Below are positions 38,852 to 52,900 of a stretch of DNA of 64,000 nucleotides, one piece after another. The first letter of the stretch is position 1; each line of letters opens with the position of its first letter. The stretch comes from Saccostrea cucullata (taxonomy: Eukaryota), in contig NW_026920935.1 in assembly GCF_032062105.1 (NCBI RefSeq), positions 992,001-1,056,000 on the forward strand. Reading direction: 5' to 3'. A program made the position numbers and the translations under genes. The notes under the pieces are model-generated. The model was not told the origin of the DNA, ran no database searches, and saw only the letters and a program-made list of their open reading frames with translations.

Positions 38852-41800
38852 CGCGGGAAAAACTGGACAAAAAGACCCTTCAACTTGGCAAATCTATAAA
38901 GTAATAATAGACATTTATGTCAATTAGAGTTATCTCTCTTACCAGAGTAACAATTAACCTTAAAGCAGAAGTTAGTGATATTCAGATATGACATTCATTA
39001 TTTTTAAAACATTGATGCAAATACAGATTCTGGTATTGTTTTTTTCATAAAGAGAATTTTAAAAATTGCGACTTTGTCTTGAAATCAAACCATTATTCTC
39101 AAAAGATGAATAAGAATTAGAAGCATTTATTGATCCGCAAACGGAAAGTATTCTTTGCAAGGACTGCAAGCAGTTTCTTATGAAGTAAATGGAATGCAGG
39201 GAATTCTACAATTTCCCTATTGCAGTAAATATAAAGTAACGTCCGTTCATCCAGAAAATTCAAGTTTTACAAAATGACAATATCATCACAACACTTGCTT
39301 CATTCCAAACTCCTACCCACTATCCTGTGTTTTCATAGACTATATTTCGATTCCAGGCGATCAGTCCCGCGTGCACGGAGTTGGAAATGGTTGTCACAGA
39401 CTGGTTAGGTGACGTATAGTCAATCATTTCCATATGGAATGTAATTTGTTGCCTATAGATACATATTGAGCATTGTTGTTTCATTTCAGGTAAACTCGTG
39501 TCTCTACCGAAGCAGTTTTTACACGAGGGAGGAGAGGGTGGGGGGTCCATTCAGGTCAGTAGGATACCAGTGTTTTTCCTGCCTTTTCCCCCCAACAATA
39601 TTTACGTATAAAAGATTAAGTTCATCATTATAAAGTTCTTGCTTAGAATTTCTTAAGGTTCCTTACTGCAAATTTGTTATTTTAAAAAGTTCTCTATAAG
39701 GTATACAACATGACATTATAGGGATCTGGAAGCGAGTGTATTTTCTTGGCTCTTTCCGCTGCAAAACGTCACACCCTACCTAACACAATGGACGAAGCGC
39801 CCCGGCTTGTCGCCTACACCTCATGTTTGGTATATTTGTATTTTATTGACTGCTTTTCTTTTAAAAATTATTTTGTCACGTTCAGCTTTATATGCATTTA
39901 ATCCTCATCGATTTAGTTTTCAACGTGCCTTTGCGACACGTTTTTTTTTTATAAACTCAATACCTCTAAACTTTAAGGTTTGCGTTGCAAGAACTATTTG
40001 TATCGAGAAATACCGTAATATTGCTGTTTAACTTACTTTTCTTATACTGTATATTTCAGGCTAACGTGTGTGTTCAAAAGGCTTGTTCACTGGGGTCCGT
40101 GATTTTACGACAGATCGAAGTAGATGAAAATCTCTCCTTGTCTGTAAAAGCTTTGAAAAGAAGCATCATGGTACACTAAAATTAAATCACAGAAATGATA
40201 AATGACATAATTGTTTAGCATAAAATTTTAGGAAAATACTAGTAATCCTCTCTGAGATGCAGATAAACTACATATAACTACAGATTTTAAAGAGAATAAA
40301 AATGTTGCGACTTTGTCTTGAAATTAAACCATTATTTGCAAAAGATGATGAAGAATTAAAGGCAGTAACTAATCCGCAAACGGAAATTGTTCTTCCAAGG
40401 ACTCTAAGCAGTTACTTATGAATCCAGATATGAGCTCGCTGATGTGAAAAAATTGGATGGACGAACAGGATCACAGAGCTACCACCTAAAAAGTGTATAT
40501 TTAATGTGCAAAATATATGCGCACGTTTCTAGATTAATTTCTTCCTAGATATTCTATAGTAAAGAGATGAATTGAAAAACGCTCGCTTTTTTGCACAGTA
40601 TACACATTTTTTTCAATGATGGCTTTGTACATCTCTGGTTATCCAACCTAATCTTTTACAAGATCAGTTACAAATTAATCTGTAGCCTACAGATTTACAA
40701 TCGCCTTACTATTTTCAGGCAGACAAATCAAATGGACTCCATCCCTTTTTTGTAAGTGTCGATTTTTTTTATTTCTTCGTTTGCTTCATATTTTTACTTT
40801 CAGGCACTACATAATGAGAACTTTCAAAGTATATTCAGTTGTATTTTCATATTCAAACCTTGTGCATGACAACAATAAATTTGCCATGACCTTCAACTCA
40901 ACATTCATAATATCGATGACGTATTATCAATTAATAGCTAATACTTCCATTTATATGTTGGCTCGCTCTATATATTCCAGTAAGCTTTAAACAAAACAAA
41001 ACTCGGAATTCAATATGTCTGCTTCATATTTGTCTCTACAAAAAGACGCTCAATGAATTTTAACCTAACTACAAACCTTTATGATAAACCTGATGACTTT
41101 ATTTCTTCTTATTCGTCAACTTCCCTTACTTGTGTAGCAATATTCCCTTATCACCTGCATATGGCGTTTGTCTCTTTAGTTTGATTCTTAATTGCGTAAC
41201 GTTTCTAAGTACGAAGAATATATAAAATGGGGCAAGCTATTGACAAACATGTTGATGAAATAAGAATATCAATACCTCGTTTAAAGTCTCAGTTGGAAGT
41301 TCTATGGTCGATACAATGACCTTGTCAGCAAATACAATCTATCATTAGAATGAAGTATTAAAAGATGACTTATGTTTTTTTTTATTATTGTTTGATCATT
41401 ATTTAAATACACTTTTCGAAGTATCGGTGACAAAATTCTCTCTTTTTTTCGCATTAAAATCTCATTGATTTCATATATTCTCCATGTTTATGAGATCAAT
41501 TGTTGTTTATGAGCTTTACCTTTTTTAATTTGAAGTACTAGTATCGATTATAATTTTCTCTATCTATAAAGGAGGTCATTGATTTAAAATGAGACATATT
41601 CAACACAGGGAGAAAGAAAGAGATGCATTGTGTATTTTTCAGGTCTGTGCCACGGTGGGCACCACCTCTTGTTGTTCTTTTGATGACATTTCTGAGCTGT
41701 CGGAGGTGTGTAACAAGGAGAACCTTTGGCTGCACGTTGATGCTGCGTATGCCGGTTGTGCGTTAGTTTGCCCAGAATTCCACTACCTCATTGATGGCAA

Positions 41801-43887
41801 AGAGGTAAAACTTGTTTAATTACTTTTTTTTGAAGGGTGGTTAAAATATTGATTAATACTTGTATGCAATTTTACATAATCCTTATTTAGATGTTTCTAT
41901 TTTTGCTACTTCTCTTTTATTTCAAATGTTTTCGTGCAAATACTTTGACATACTTTATTTGTATTAGAATCTGTTAAAAACGCCAGACATTCTAGAACAA
42001 AAATTATATTATTACGATAATTTGCAGAAAATTTCCTCCATTTCTTTTAATCCACACAAATGGTTGCTGACTACAACAGAATGTGCTGTACTTTGGTAAA
42101 TAACTGCATCCGGGTACAGAGAAAGTCATGCCATATTTAACCCATCAACCTCTCATTTATGTACTTTTCTTAAGTCTAAAAGTGTACTGTTCTTTTTAAA
42201 GTTATTACTGTTGCTATTCAGCTTTTTAAGACTTTTGTTCCAACAGCTTGATTTCGTTTACTTAAACTTTTAAAAATACAGTGATGATTATTCTTTAAAA
42301 AAAATTCTAAAGGTGAATAAAAAGTCAATACATTAAAGCTCATATGTTAATCTTGATACCTTATTTTACAATGGATTAAATAAAAGAGGGATGGGTAATG
42401 AAAATTTAGGAGCAAAGACTGTATTTTTAATTGGATCTTTGAAAATGTAGACTTTCATAGTTTCTGTTTTTGTAAATAAGTAGGATGGGGTGTTGTTTAT
42501 AAAAAGAACTCGTTAGAAGTATTTCTTATAGCACCTCACTGACATTAATCATGCACTCATACAATTCATTGATTTGATAATGATATATATTCTTCCAGAG
42601 ACAAAATATTATATGTCTCTGATTCTTCTTTTTGACTTGTACCGACTTTCTGCTTCTGCTCAATATGATAGTAAGACCCCTGCTGCAGTGACATGAAGGG
42701 TGACATACAGGGTATGATAATATGTTGATTAATATACATTATGTAATGATAAAAAGGAACATATTCCCCATTTTCAAAAGGTGAGTTATTTCCCCTGAAG
42801 GGAACTCTTTTACTGTGTTTAATACGCATGCGCTATAAATAAAGTCACTTCCGCGGACGTTCTTGATGTAAACATGTTTATGGTGTAATGCATCTGTCAT
42901 ATGGAAAAATGTTATTGTGCTTGCGAATAAAAAGAAATCTTAACTGATTCGTATTTTTTTTTAAATTGCCCACTCATAGTCTCTTTCTGGATTTGTATTA
43001 ATCTGTGTAGTACTATAATAAGGTGCTGTGTGCCCCCCCCCCTCCTCCTTACAAAAAAAAAGAAAGAAACAAATTACTGATAAAATGCTGATACGTATTC
43101 GAATAGGCCTATTAAAAAAAAGCTAATAAGCTAATTTTCGGTAGTGGATATTCTGCAGACGGATCATCATTATTTACAAAATGTGCGGAACAAATTTTTA
43201 GTTATAAAGTTTTTTTTTCTATTATACGTCTCTGTTTTAAGAATTAATCTAGCCTGCTGCAGCCATATTTCTCTGTATCTCTAGGAATTTTTTGGAGACT
43301 GATGATTACCTCTGAAATTGCTGCATATACAGCAGTACTTCGTCTTCCGCGACCGATACCAAGAAACTGCGTTTTTGCTCGATTGTATGTCACATCATAG
43401 AACTTTTACTTTTACAAGAACACATTTGGTGACAATTAAAGGCCTATTTCATTTGAATTAACAGTGTTTCTAGAATTTTTTATTTGTAAAATAATTGATT
43501 CACCATATGTAGTATTAAAACTTTGAATAGAATTCTAAATGAATAATCTAATCTCATGTCCTCATGTAACGAAGAAAGACTAATTAAAATGGCATTGACC
43601 TGAATTCGTGTTACATAAGTCGTATAAAGTCTGAGCTGCATTTAATCAAAGTTTTAGTGTAGGATCTAAGCATATGTACATGTATATTCCCGAGTAAAAT
43701 ACACATTTTGTTTTAGATCAGAGAATTGAGAGCAGAACCACGAAATTGATACAATAATTTCCTAGCGTATTTCTCGTTAATTAACGGAAAACATTCTTTT
43801 CTCAACTGTTATTTATTTTTTAAAAATCCTTTCAGTGTAAGTACATGTAATTTTTTTTTTATAAGTTTGCAAAGTGTGTAAAAAACA

Positions 43888-43925
<38 letters not shown>

Positions 43926-46900
43926 CATGTAACCCTGTAACTGACATACATGTACTTTACTGAAATCACAATTATAGTAATTCTAATAATTTTCAAATTT
44001 CACAACTATGGTTTATATTCAACTGTTCAACCCATTTACATAATTATTCGTTCTATGTACCTGTACGCACGGGGGGGGGGGGTCAAGGAGCTTAGCCCCA
44101 CCCCCACTTTTTACCCAATATTACCTTTTCTATTGAAAATATTCATTGATAGACAGGTTGCCAAACCCCCCACACACACACAGTTAATACTACGGTAAAG
44201 TTATATAAGAGAAATGTAGTATTGTATGCCAAGGAACTGGTACTGAAATAAGTAGCTTTTTCAACTTTGGGCAAGGTTTTTCTTTGCTTGTCAACTTTTC
44301 AAGGTAAGAAAAAAAATATTTCTTTGGCTACCCCCCCTCCCACTTTTAAAGACGATGCTTCGTGTCTGGCTAATTCGTATAGCTTTCTAGAAAGGGGGGG
44401 GGGCTAACAGACCTTTTATAAAATAATTCATTATCTAAAAAAAATGCAAACCGTTTCCTTCTTTTAAAATTTTTAAATACAGCGTGTAAGTTGATCACTA
44501 TTTTGTTGGATTATCGTAATGTGTAGTCCGCGGAAGTTAGGCTAGTGTAGAAGAGTTCCGATTTTGAGGGGAGATAACTCACTTTTGAAAATGGGGAATA
44601 CTAGTATCTGAAATATTTGTTTCACAATTGTTTTTTTTTTTTTGCACACGCAGACTTGAGATCATTTATCATATAGTTGCATCCTATATAGTATATATCA
44701 CTGTAGAGTGTATTCATATATGTGGATTCTGTCTTACCGTGCGTATCACTGTTTCAATGATGCGTTATGTCATTATACTTTCTACATCACAATTCAGTCG
44801 GACAGAGCATATTCCATTATTTGAACAATTTTTGAAGCGGCAATAAACAATACTACATTTGATAATTAAAGAGAGAAAATTTGACAACCTTTGTATTGTA
44901 TGTACATCGCTAATCAAAATGCCAAGAATTAAGAGAAAATTCGAATTCAGTCTATTCCCTTAAGGTAAAGAATTTTACATTTATGCTGAACTATAAATGT
45001 TACTTTTGCAAGGCTGAAGAACAAAAAACCTCTAACTGATTGCCTCGGTGCGAGTGCCACATATCTACAACATAAACATCAAGGTAAGACAAGTTCAAGA
45101 GAGATGTAATTTGTGAATATTTTTATTTAAGTAAAAAAATATGATTAATGGATGAATTTTGAGATTCTTAAGAAATATCATCAAAACACTTTATTGATAT
45201 GTTTTATTCACTGTTTATAAACAATTTTATATCTCTAATAATCACAGGTGACCCCCTTCGAACGAAAGGGTTTCCATAGACATGCAAACTTATCTGAAAG
45301 CAGAGCTTTCTTAACTGTTATGGCATGTTTCACGAAATAAAGAATCATCGGCTACAGTTACAAATAAGAAATTTTAAGGACACAAATAAGAAATTTTACA
45401 ATACAAAATAAATTATACAATGCAAACGGAAAATATAGAATGCAAATGAAAACCAGAAGTCTCTGTCGAGACTGAAGCTCTACTGGTTTGTACTTATAGC
45501 AAAGGAAGAGAAAAGTACTTAAGCAGTTGGAAATTGAAACTTTTCAACAGATAAATAGAATAATTATCCTTGATTAAGTCTCTTTATGTTCTTAGTGCAG
45601 TCTACTTGCATGCAACATTTATATTATAATCAGACTAAAATTGTATTTGGAGTAGCATTTTGAAAGAATTTCACAGAAATTTCTATTATTAGTAACCACG
45701 GCAACACCGTTCATCGAAATCAAAAACAGCTACACAGAATTATGTATCTTACTGTAGTCTACTTGTGTGCCAAGTTATATACTGAAATCAGACTAAAACT
45801 GTAGAAGGAGTAGCATTTTGAAAGAATTTCACAGAAATTTCTATTTTTAGTAACCACGGCAACACCGTTCATCGAAATCAAAAACCGATAGTAGAATTGT
45901 GTATCTTAGTGTAGTCTACTTGTGTGCCAAGTTATATTGAAATCAGACTAAAACTGTAGGAGGAGTAGCATTTTGAAAGAATTTCACAGAAATTTCTATT
46001 TTTAGTAACCACGGCAACACCGTTCATCGAAATCAAAAACCGATAGTAGAATTGTGTATCTTAGTGTAGTCTACTTGTGTGCCAAGTTATATTGAAATCA
46101 GACTAAAACTGTAGGAGGAGTAGCATTTTGAAAGAATTTCACAGAAATTTCTATTTTTAGTAACCACGGCAACACCGTTCATCGAAATCAAAAACCAGTA
46201 AACAGAATTATGTATCTTAGTGTAGTCTACTTGTGTGCCAAGTTATATTGAAATCAGACAAAAGTATAGGAGAAGTAGCATTTTGAAAGAATTTCACAGA
46301 AATTTCTATTTTTAGTAACCACGGCATCACCGTTCATCGAAATCAAAAACCAATATACAGAATTATGTATCTTAGTGTAGTCTACTTGTGTGCCAAGTTA
46401 TATTGAAATCAGACTAAAACTGTAGAAGGAGTAGCATTTTGAAAGAATTTCACAGAAATTTCTTTTTTAGTAACCATGGCAACACCGTTCATCGAAATCA
46501 AAAACTGATACACTGAATTATGTATCTTATTGTAGTCTACTTGTGTGCCAAGTTATATTGAAATCAGACTAAAACTGTAGAAGGAGTAGCATTTTGAAAG
46601 AATTTCACAGAAATTTCTATTTTTAGTAACCACGGCAACACCGTTCATCGAAATCAAAAACCGATACACAGAATTGTATATCTTAGTGTAGTCTACTTGT
46701 GTGCCAAGTTATATTGAAATCAGACTAAAACTGTAGGAGGAGTAGCATTTTGAAAGAATTTCACAGAAATTTCTATTTTTAGTAACCACGGCAACACCGT
46801 TCATCGAAATCAAAAACTGATACACAGAATTATGTATCTTAGTGTAGTCTACTTGTGTGCCAAGTTATATTGAAATCAGACTAAAACTGTAGAAGGAGTA

Positions 46901-49900
46901 GCATTTTAAAAGAATTTCACAGAAATTTCTATTTTTAGTAACCACGGCAACACCGTTCATCGAAATCAAAAACCGATACACAGAATTGTGTATCTTAGTG
47001 TAGTCTACTTGTATGCCAAGTTATATTGTAATCAGACTAAAACTGTAGGAGGAGTAGCATTTTGAAAGAATTTCACAGAAATTTCTATTTTTAGTAACCA
47101 CGGCAACACCGTTCATCGAAATCAAAACTGATACACAGAATTATGTATCTTAGTGTAGTCTACTTGTGTGCCAAGTTATATTGAAATCAGACTAAAACTG
47201 TAGGAGGAGTAGCATTTTGAAAGAATTTCACAGAAATTTCTATTTTTAGTAACCACGGCAACACCGTTCATCGAAATCAAAAACCGATACACAGAATTAT
47301 GTATCTTAGTGTAGTCTACTTGTGTGCCAAGTTATATTGAAATTGGACCAAAACTGTAGGAGGAGTAGCATTTTGAAAAATTGTTTACAGACAGACAGAC
47401 AGACGGACGGACGACGGACGCATTACTGTCGCATAAGCTCTTCTGGTCTCTGACCAGTAGAGCTAAAAATATACAATTTAAATGACTTTTTAAAAATAAA
47501 AATGGAAAATATAGAATACAAATTTAAAAAATACAATTCAAACGGAACATTATAGAATGCAAATAGAAAATTGTAAAATGTAAATAAAATTATACAAAAT
47601 AAATGAAAATTTATACAATACAAATGGAAAATATTAGAATACAAATAACCAGAAGTCTCTGTCGAGACTGAAGCTCTACTGGTTTGTACTTATAGCAAAG
47701 GAAGAGAAAAGTACTTAAGCAATTGGGAATTGAAATTTTACAACAGCAATAAATAGAATAATGATCCTTGATAATGTCTCTTTATGTTCTTAGTGTAGTC
47801 TACTTGTGTGCCAAGTTATATTGAAATCAGACCAAAACTGTAGGAGGAGTAGCATTTTGAAACAATTTTATAGACATTTTTATTTTTAGTAACCACGGCA
47901 ACATCATTCATGGAAATCAAAAACCGATATACACAATTATGGATCTTAGTGTAGTCTACTTGTGTGCCAAGTTATATTGAAATCAGACCAAAACTGTAGG
48001 AGGAGTAGCATTTTGAAACAATTTTACAGAAATTTCTATTTTTAGTAACCACGGCAACACCGTTCATCGAAATCAAAAACCGATACACAGAATTGTGTAT
48101 CTTAGTGTAGTCTACTTGTATGCCAAGTTATATTGTAATCAGCCTAAAACTGTAGGAGGAGTAGCATTTTGAAAGAATTTCACAGAAATTTCTATTTTTA
48201 GTAACCACGACAACACCGTTCATCGAAATCAAAAACCGATACACAGAATTATGTTTCTTAGTGTAGTCTACTTGTGTGCCAAGTTATATTGAAATCAGAC
48301 AAAACTGTAGGAGGAGTATCAGTATGAAAGAAATTTCACAGAAATTTCAATTTTTAGTTACCACGGAAACACCGTTTATCGAAATCAAAAACTAATAAAC
48401 AAAATTATGTATCTTAGTAAAGTCTACTTGTGTGCCAAGTTATATTGAAATCAGACCAAAACTGTGGGAGAAGTGGCATTTTGAAAGAATTTCACAGAAA
48501 TTTCTATTTTTAGTAACCACGGCAACACCGTTTACCGAAATCAAAAACCGATACACAGAATCATGTATCTTAGTGTAATCTACTTGTGTGCCAAGTTATA
48601 TTGAAATCAGAGCAAAACTGTAGGAGGAGTAGCATTTTGAAAAATTGTTTAAAGACAGACGGACAGACAGACGGACGGACGCCGGACGCATTGCTATCGC
48701 ATAAGCTCTTCTGGTCTCTGACCAGTAGAGCTAAAAATTATACAATACAAATGGAAAAGATCGAATATTGCAACGTTCGACATACCATTAAAATTTAACT
48801 TTTTTTTCATTGGGTATTACTTTTGCTCTCTGATTGCGTTCATCACAATTTTTTTCAAACTAACAAGCAGCACCTAGTATTGAGGATAACCGAAAAAAAA
48901 AAACTTTTAAATTTCACATCTGATCTGATTGCCTGACGTCACGACGTCAGGCACTACTAAGGATCAATATTTCCTAGGTGCGAAGCTAAGAGGTCACAGT
49001 TAGCCAGCAAAATTTTGTGCATGCTGATTATCATCGGATTTTGTTACATGCGTTTCAGCAACAACAGTTAGCAGAAAAATAACCATATTGCTGATACAAT
49101 ACATTGATGTATTTATTTAATTTAGCTTTTTGCTAGCAGTTATTTATTTAAAGCGAGTTATTATACGGACATGTCCGTTTGACCTTTTTTCCTGCGTTTC
49201 TATACTACTGAATCAGTCCATTTGTCTTCTAGGTAAGGGGTGACACAAACATTTCGCGCCAAAATGTCATGTTTAAGATTTTGCGACCTTTTCCTGGACT
49301 TTTCTATTGAATCGAAATGAAAACTGCATGAATTATATAATGTATGTTCTTTTTTGTCGCCTGGTCGAGCTTTGGAAAAAAATCTATATCGGTGATATTG
49401 TGAAGTGAGTTAGAAGTTACATGATTTAAAGTAACAAGAGGCCCATGGGCCTTATAGGTCACCTGAGTATTGTGTAACAACTTTCAAACAATTAAATTTG
49501 GTTCGTGTTTTAAATCAGAGGCCATGAAATTCACAATTCACAATTTTGAAAGAGGCAACAATGCTTATCATAATTATTAACTTAGCATGCTTACTCTATT
49601 TACTTAATACCCAGAGGTAGATCAGAGTAACGAAGAGAAAATGCACTTCCACTTTATACCCAGTTGTGCACCTCACCCCAAAGGAACCACTGATCCAGGG
49701 GCCACATATTTCAAAATTTTGCAAATTTTATCATAAAATAGTAGATTAATACCAAAGAGCAGATTTCAAAGCATTAATTTATTTTCAGACTATGTACCCC
49801 CCCACCCCCCTGACCCAGGGGGCATTAAAAAACCACTTTGCTAGATGCACCTTTTTTCATCATAAATATATATACTTGGATCATTGGCATAAAACCCAGA

Positions 49901-52900
49901 AGCAAAGGAAAATATTTTCAAAAAATTAATGTATTTTTACTATATAATCAATAGAGCCCCGCCCTAACACCAGAACCTCTAACACCCAGGGGCCATGAAA
50001 TTCACAATTCTGGAAGAGGCACTCTTGCTCATCATAACTATATACTTAGTTAGTTTATTAAATACCCAGAAGCAGAGAAGAAGATTTTCAAAGAATAATG
50101 CATTTTCACTATATAATCAATAGAGTCCCGCCCTAACACCAGAACCCCAAACCCTGGGGCCATAAAATTCACGATTTTATAGGAGGCACTCTTCCTCATC
50201 ATTACTATGTACTTGGTTAGTGTATTTAATACCCAGAAGCAGAGAAGAAGATTTTCAAAGAATAATGCATTTTCACTATATAATCAATAGAGCCCCGCCC
50301 TAACACCAGAACCCCTGACCCTCGGGCCATAAAATTCACAAATCTGGAAGAGGCACTCTTGCCCATCATAACTATGTACTTACTTAGTTTATTTAATACC
50401 CAGGAGCAGAGAAGAAGATTTTCAAAGAAAGAATGCATTTTCACTATATAATCTATATAGCCCCGCCCTAGCACTAGAACCCCTGACCCTGGGACCATAA
50501 AATTCACAATTTTATAGAAGGCACTCTTGCTCATCATAACTTTGTACTTGGTTAGTGTATTTAATACCCAGACGCAGAGAAGAAGATTTTCAAAGAAATA
50601 AATGCATTTTCACTGTATAATCAATAAAGCCCCGCCCCAACACCAGAACCCCTGACCCTGGGGCCATAAAATTCACAATTTCGGAAAAGGCACTGTTGCT
50701 TATCATAACTATGTGCTTAATTAGTTTATTTAATACTCAGAAGGAGAGAAGATTTTCAAAGAATAAATGCATTTTCACTATATAATCAATAAAGCCCCAC
50801 CCTAACACCAGAACCCATGACCCTGGGGCCATAAAATTCACAAATCTGGAAGAGGCACTCTTGCTCATCATAACTATGTACTTAGTTTATTTAATACCCA
50901 GGAGCAGAGAAGAAAATTTTCAAAGAAATAATACATTTTCACTATAAAATCTATATAGCCCCACCCTAGCACTAGAACCCCTGACCCTGGGGCCATGAAT
51001 CTCACAATTTTGGTAGAAGACGCGATGCTCATAACATTCATGCCAACAGTTTGACTGCTTGATGTCCAGGAGTAATGAAGAAGATTTTTAAAGATTGCAA
51101 TAATTTTAGTGGTTTTGGCCCATCCCCTCAGTCCCCAGGGGGGCGGGGACCATGAAATTCACAATTTTTGTTGCTCTTCACTGATAGATGCTGTATACCA
51201 AATTTGGTTGAAATTGGTTCAGTGGTTTCAGAGAAGAAGCTGAAAATGTTCAAATGTTAACACACGACGCACGACGACGGACGAAAACGGATAGCAATAG
51301 GTCACCTGAGTTACTCAGGTGACCTAATAAAAACGAAACGAACAAAAAACTCTAAAGAGGACGTACTGGCCAAATATACATCTGATCATACCCACACCCT
51401 CCAGCGGGTTTCCTCCTACAAAAACAGAGTATATACTTATGAAAGTGTCCTCTCACATTTCAGGATTGAGAAAGTTTATTACTTTTTTTGCTCGTACAAA
51501 TATTTTTGTGAACCCCTCATCCCTGGGGAAAACTGTAGCCATTCATATATCGCCGTCAAGTTTGCTGGGTCATTTAAGCATATTGGGCTTTATTTATCCC
51601 AACAACAATCTTTGATGCTCTGGCATACCCAACAAACAAGTAAACATATTCTGCATGTCAGTCATAACCGTTACGATTCCCAATTTCATATACACGTAGT
51701 TATATTTTCAGCTGTCTTCCTCAAAACCTATGCTGTATGCAGCTGAATCTAATTTATGTAACCTTTACATATAGCCATGCTTTCGAGCATTAATCAATTA
51801 CATTAGTTTTTCCCTTGTTTACTTCATCCTCTGAAACCATTTTAAGCCTGGCTTATTGCTCAAAGAGCAATTGCCGGCTTATGTGATCCTGTTCAAGGCA
51901 GGATGTTAACCCAATAGTCGCCATTTTAAAGTTACGTGCAAAAATATAGTTCTTACTCTCAACCGCTTTTGAGATAATAGAAACGCTAAATAAGGCAACA
52001 AAAATAAAACGAAGTTTTATCTATATAAAATAAACATTTGTAGTAATGACATAGTTCATTAGCGTAAGGATTTTTGATAATCAGTGTTACCGTAGTTCTC
52101 TACACATACGAGGTAAAGCAGGAGAGGAAACCAGACTGGCCTGTTTATTTACATTCAGCTGCGGTACCAGATTAATTCTGATTCTGACAAAATCGGACCG
52201 TGGTATTAGGATTGAAAAACTCACTGTCAGTGTCTTATCATTTATATTGATAGTTTTAAAATAATTTTTTCATCAGAATATAAACGTGATTCATGTAAGA
52301 AATCCATTCTACTCTGTAAATGAGCCCGGCTCTCTGTCCTTCTGAGTGCTTTGATTTAAACTCGCGGATCTTTACGTCGCGGGTCCAAATCTAGAGCGGG
52401 ACATGTACATGATTTCATTTTTTATTTGAGATACAAACAATATACATACGTTTCATATAAAATATGTTCTTTTTCCATTGTCTGATGAGTATCATACAAC
52501 TTAAAATGAATGCATGATGTTTTGTGCAACATCTTCATAACTTACTCTAGTGAAATAATTTAACACTCCCAACCCCCTCCCCCAATGTAAACGTTTATAA
52601 CTTATCATGCTTATAGGTTCTATAGATATTGATGGCATTAGTCAGGCAAGCTTTTTGAAAAGCTGTTACTTGTATATCCTAACATTTCCATTTCTATATT
52701 ATAGCTGAAACAACTGACTTCCGAGTATGTATTGTATTACATAGTTTCTATTTAACAACATATCTCACTAAAAGTCAACACAACTCTCTTATATGTTACT
52801 ACATTTATAATTTTATTTATATTTTGGCGTTTGGATTTATAAAAGACAACTTCTTTTACAAGAATTTTTGATCGTGCGTTTATTCTTATACTTGGAAAGA

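Noticed and set aside
45570-48640. Regular repeat array that could be taken for CRISPR
   Set aside because: Units are contiguous 155-bp monomers without unique spacers, inside a eukaryotic Helentron-like element; no cas genes.
50226-50537. 103-aa ORF with an internal repeat
   Set aside because: Chance translation of the 167-bp satellite units; most other short ORFs in the track are likewise repeat- or intron-derived.
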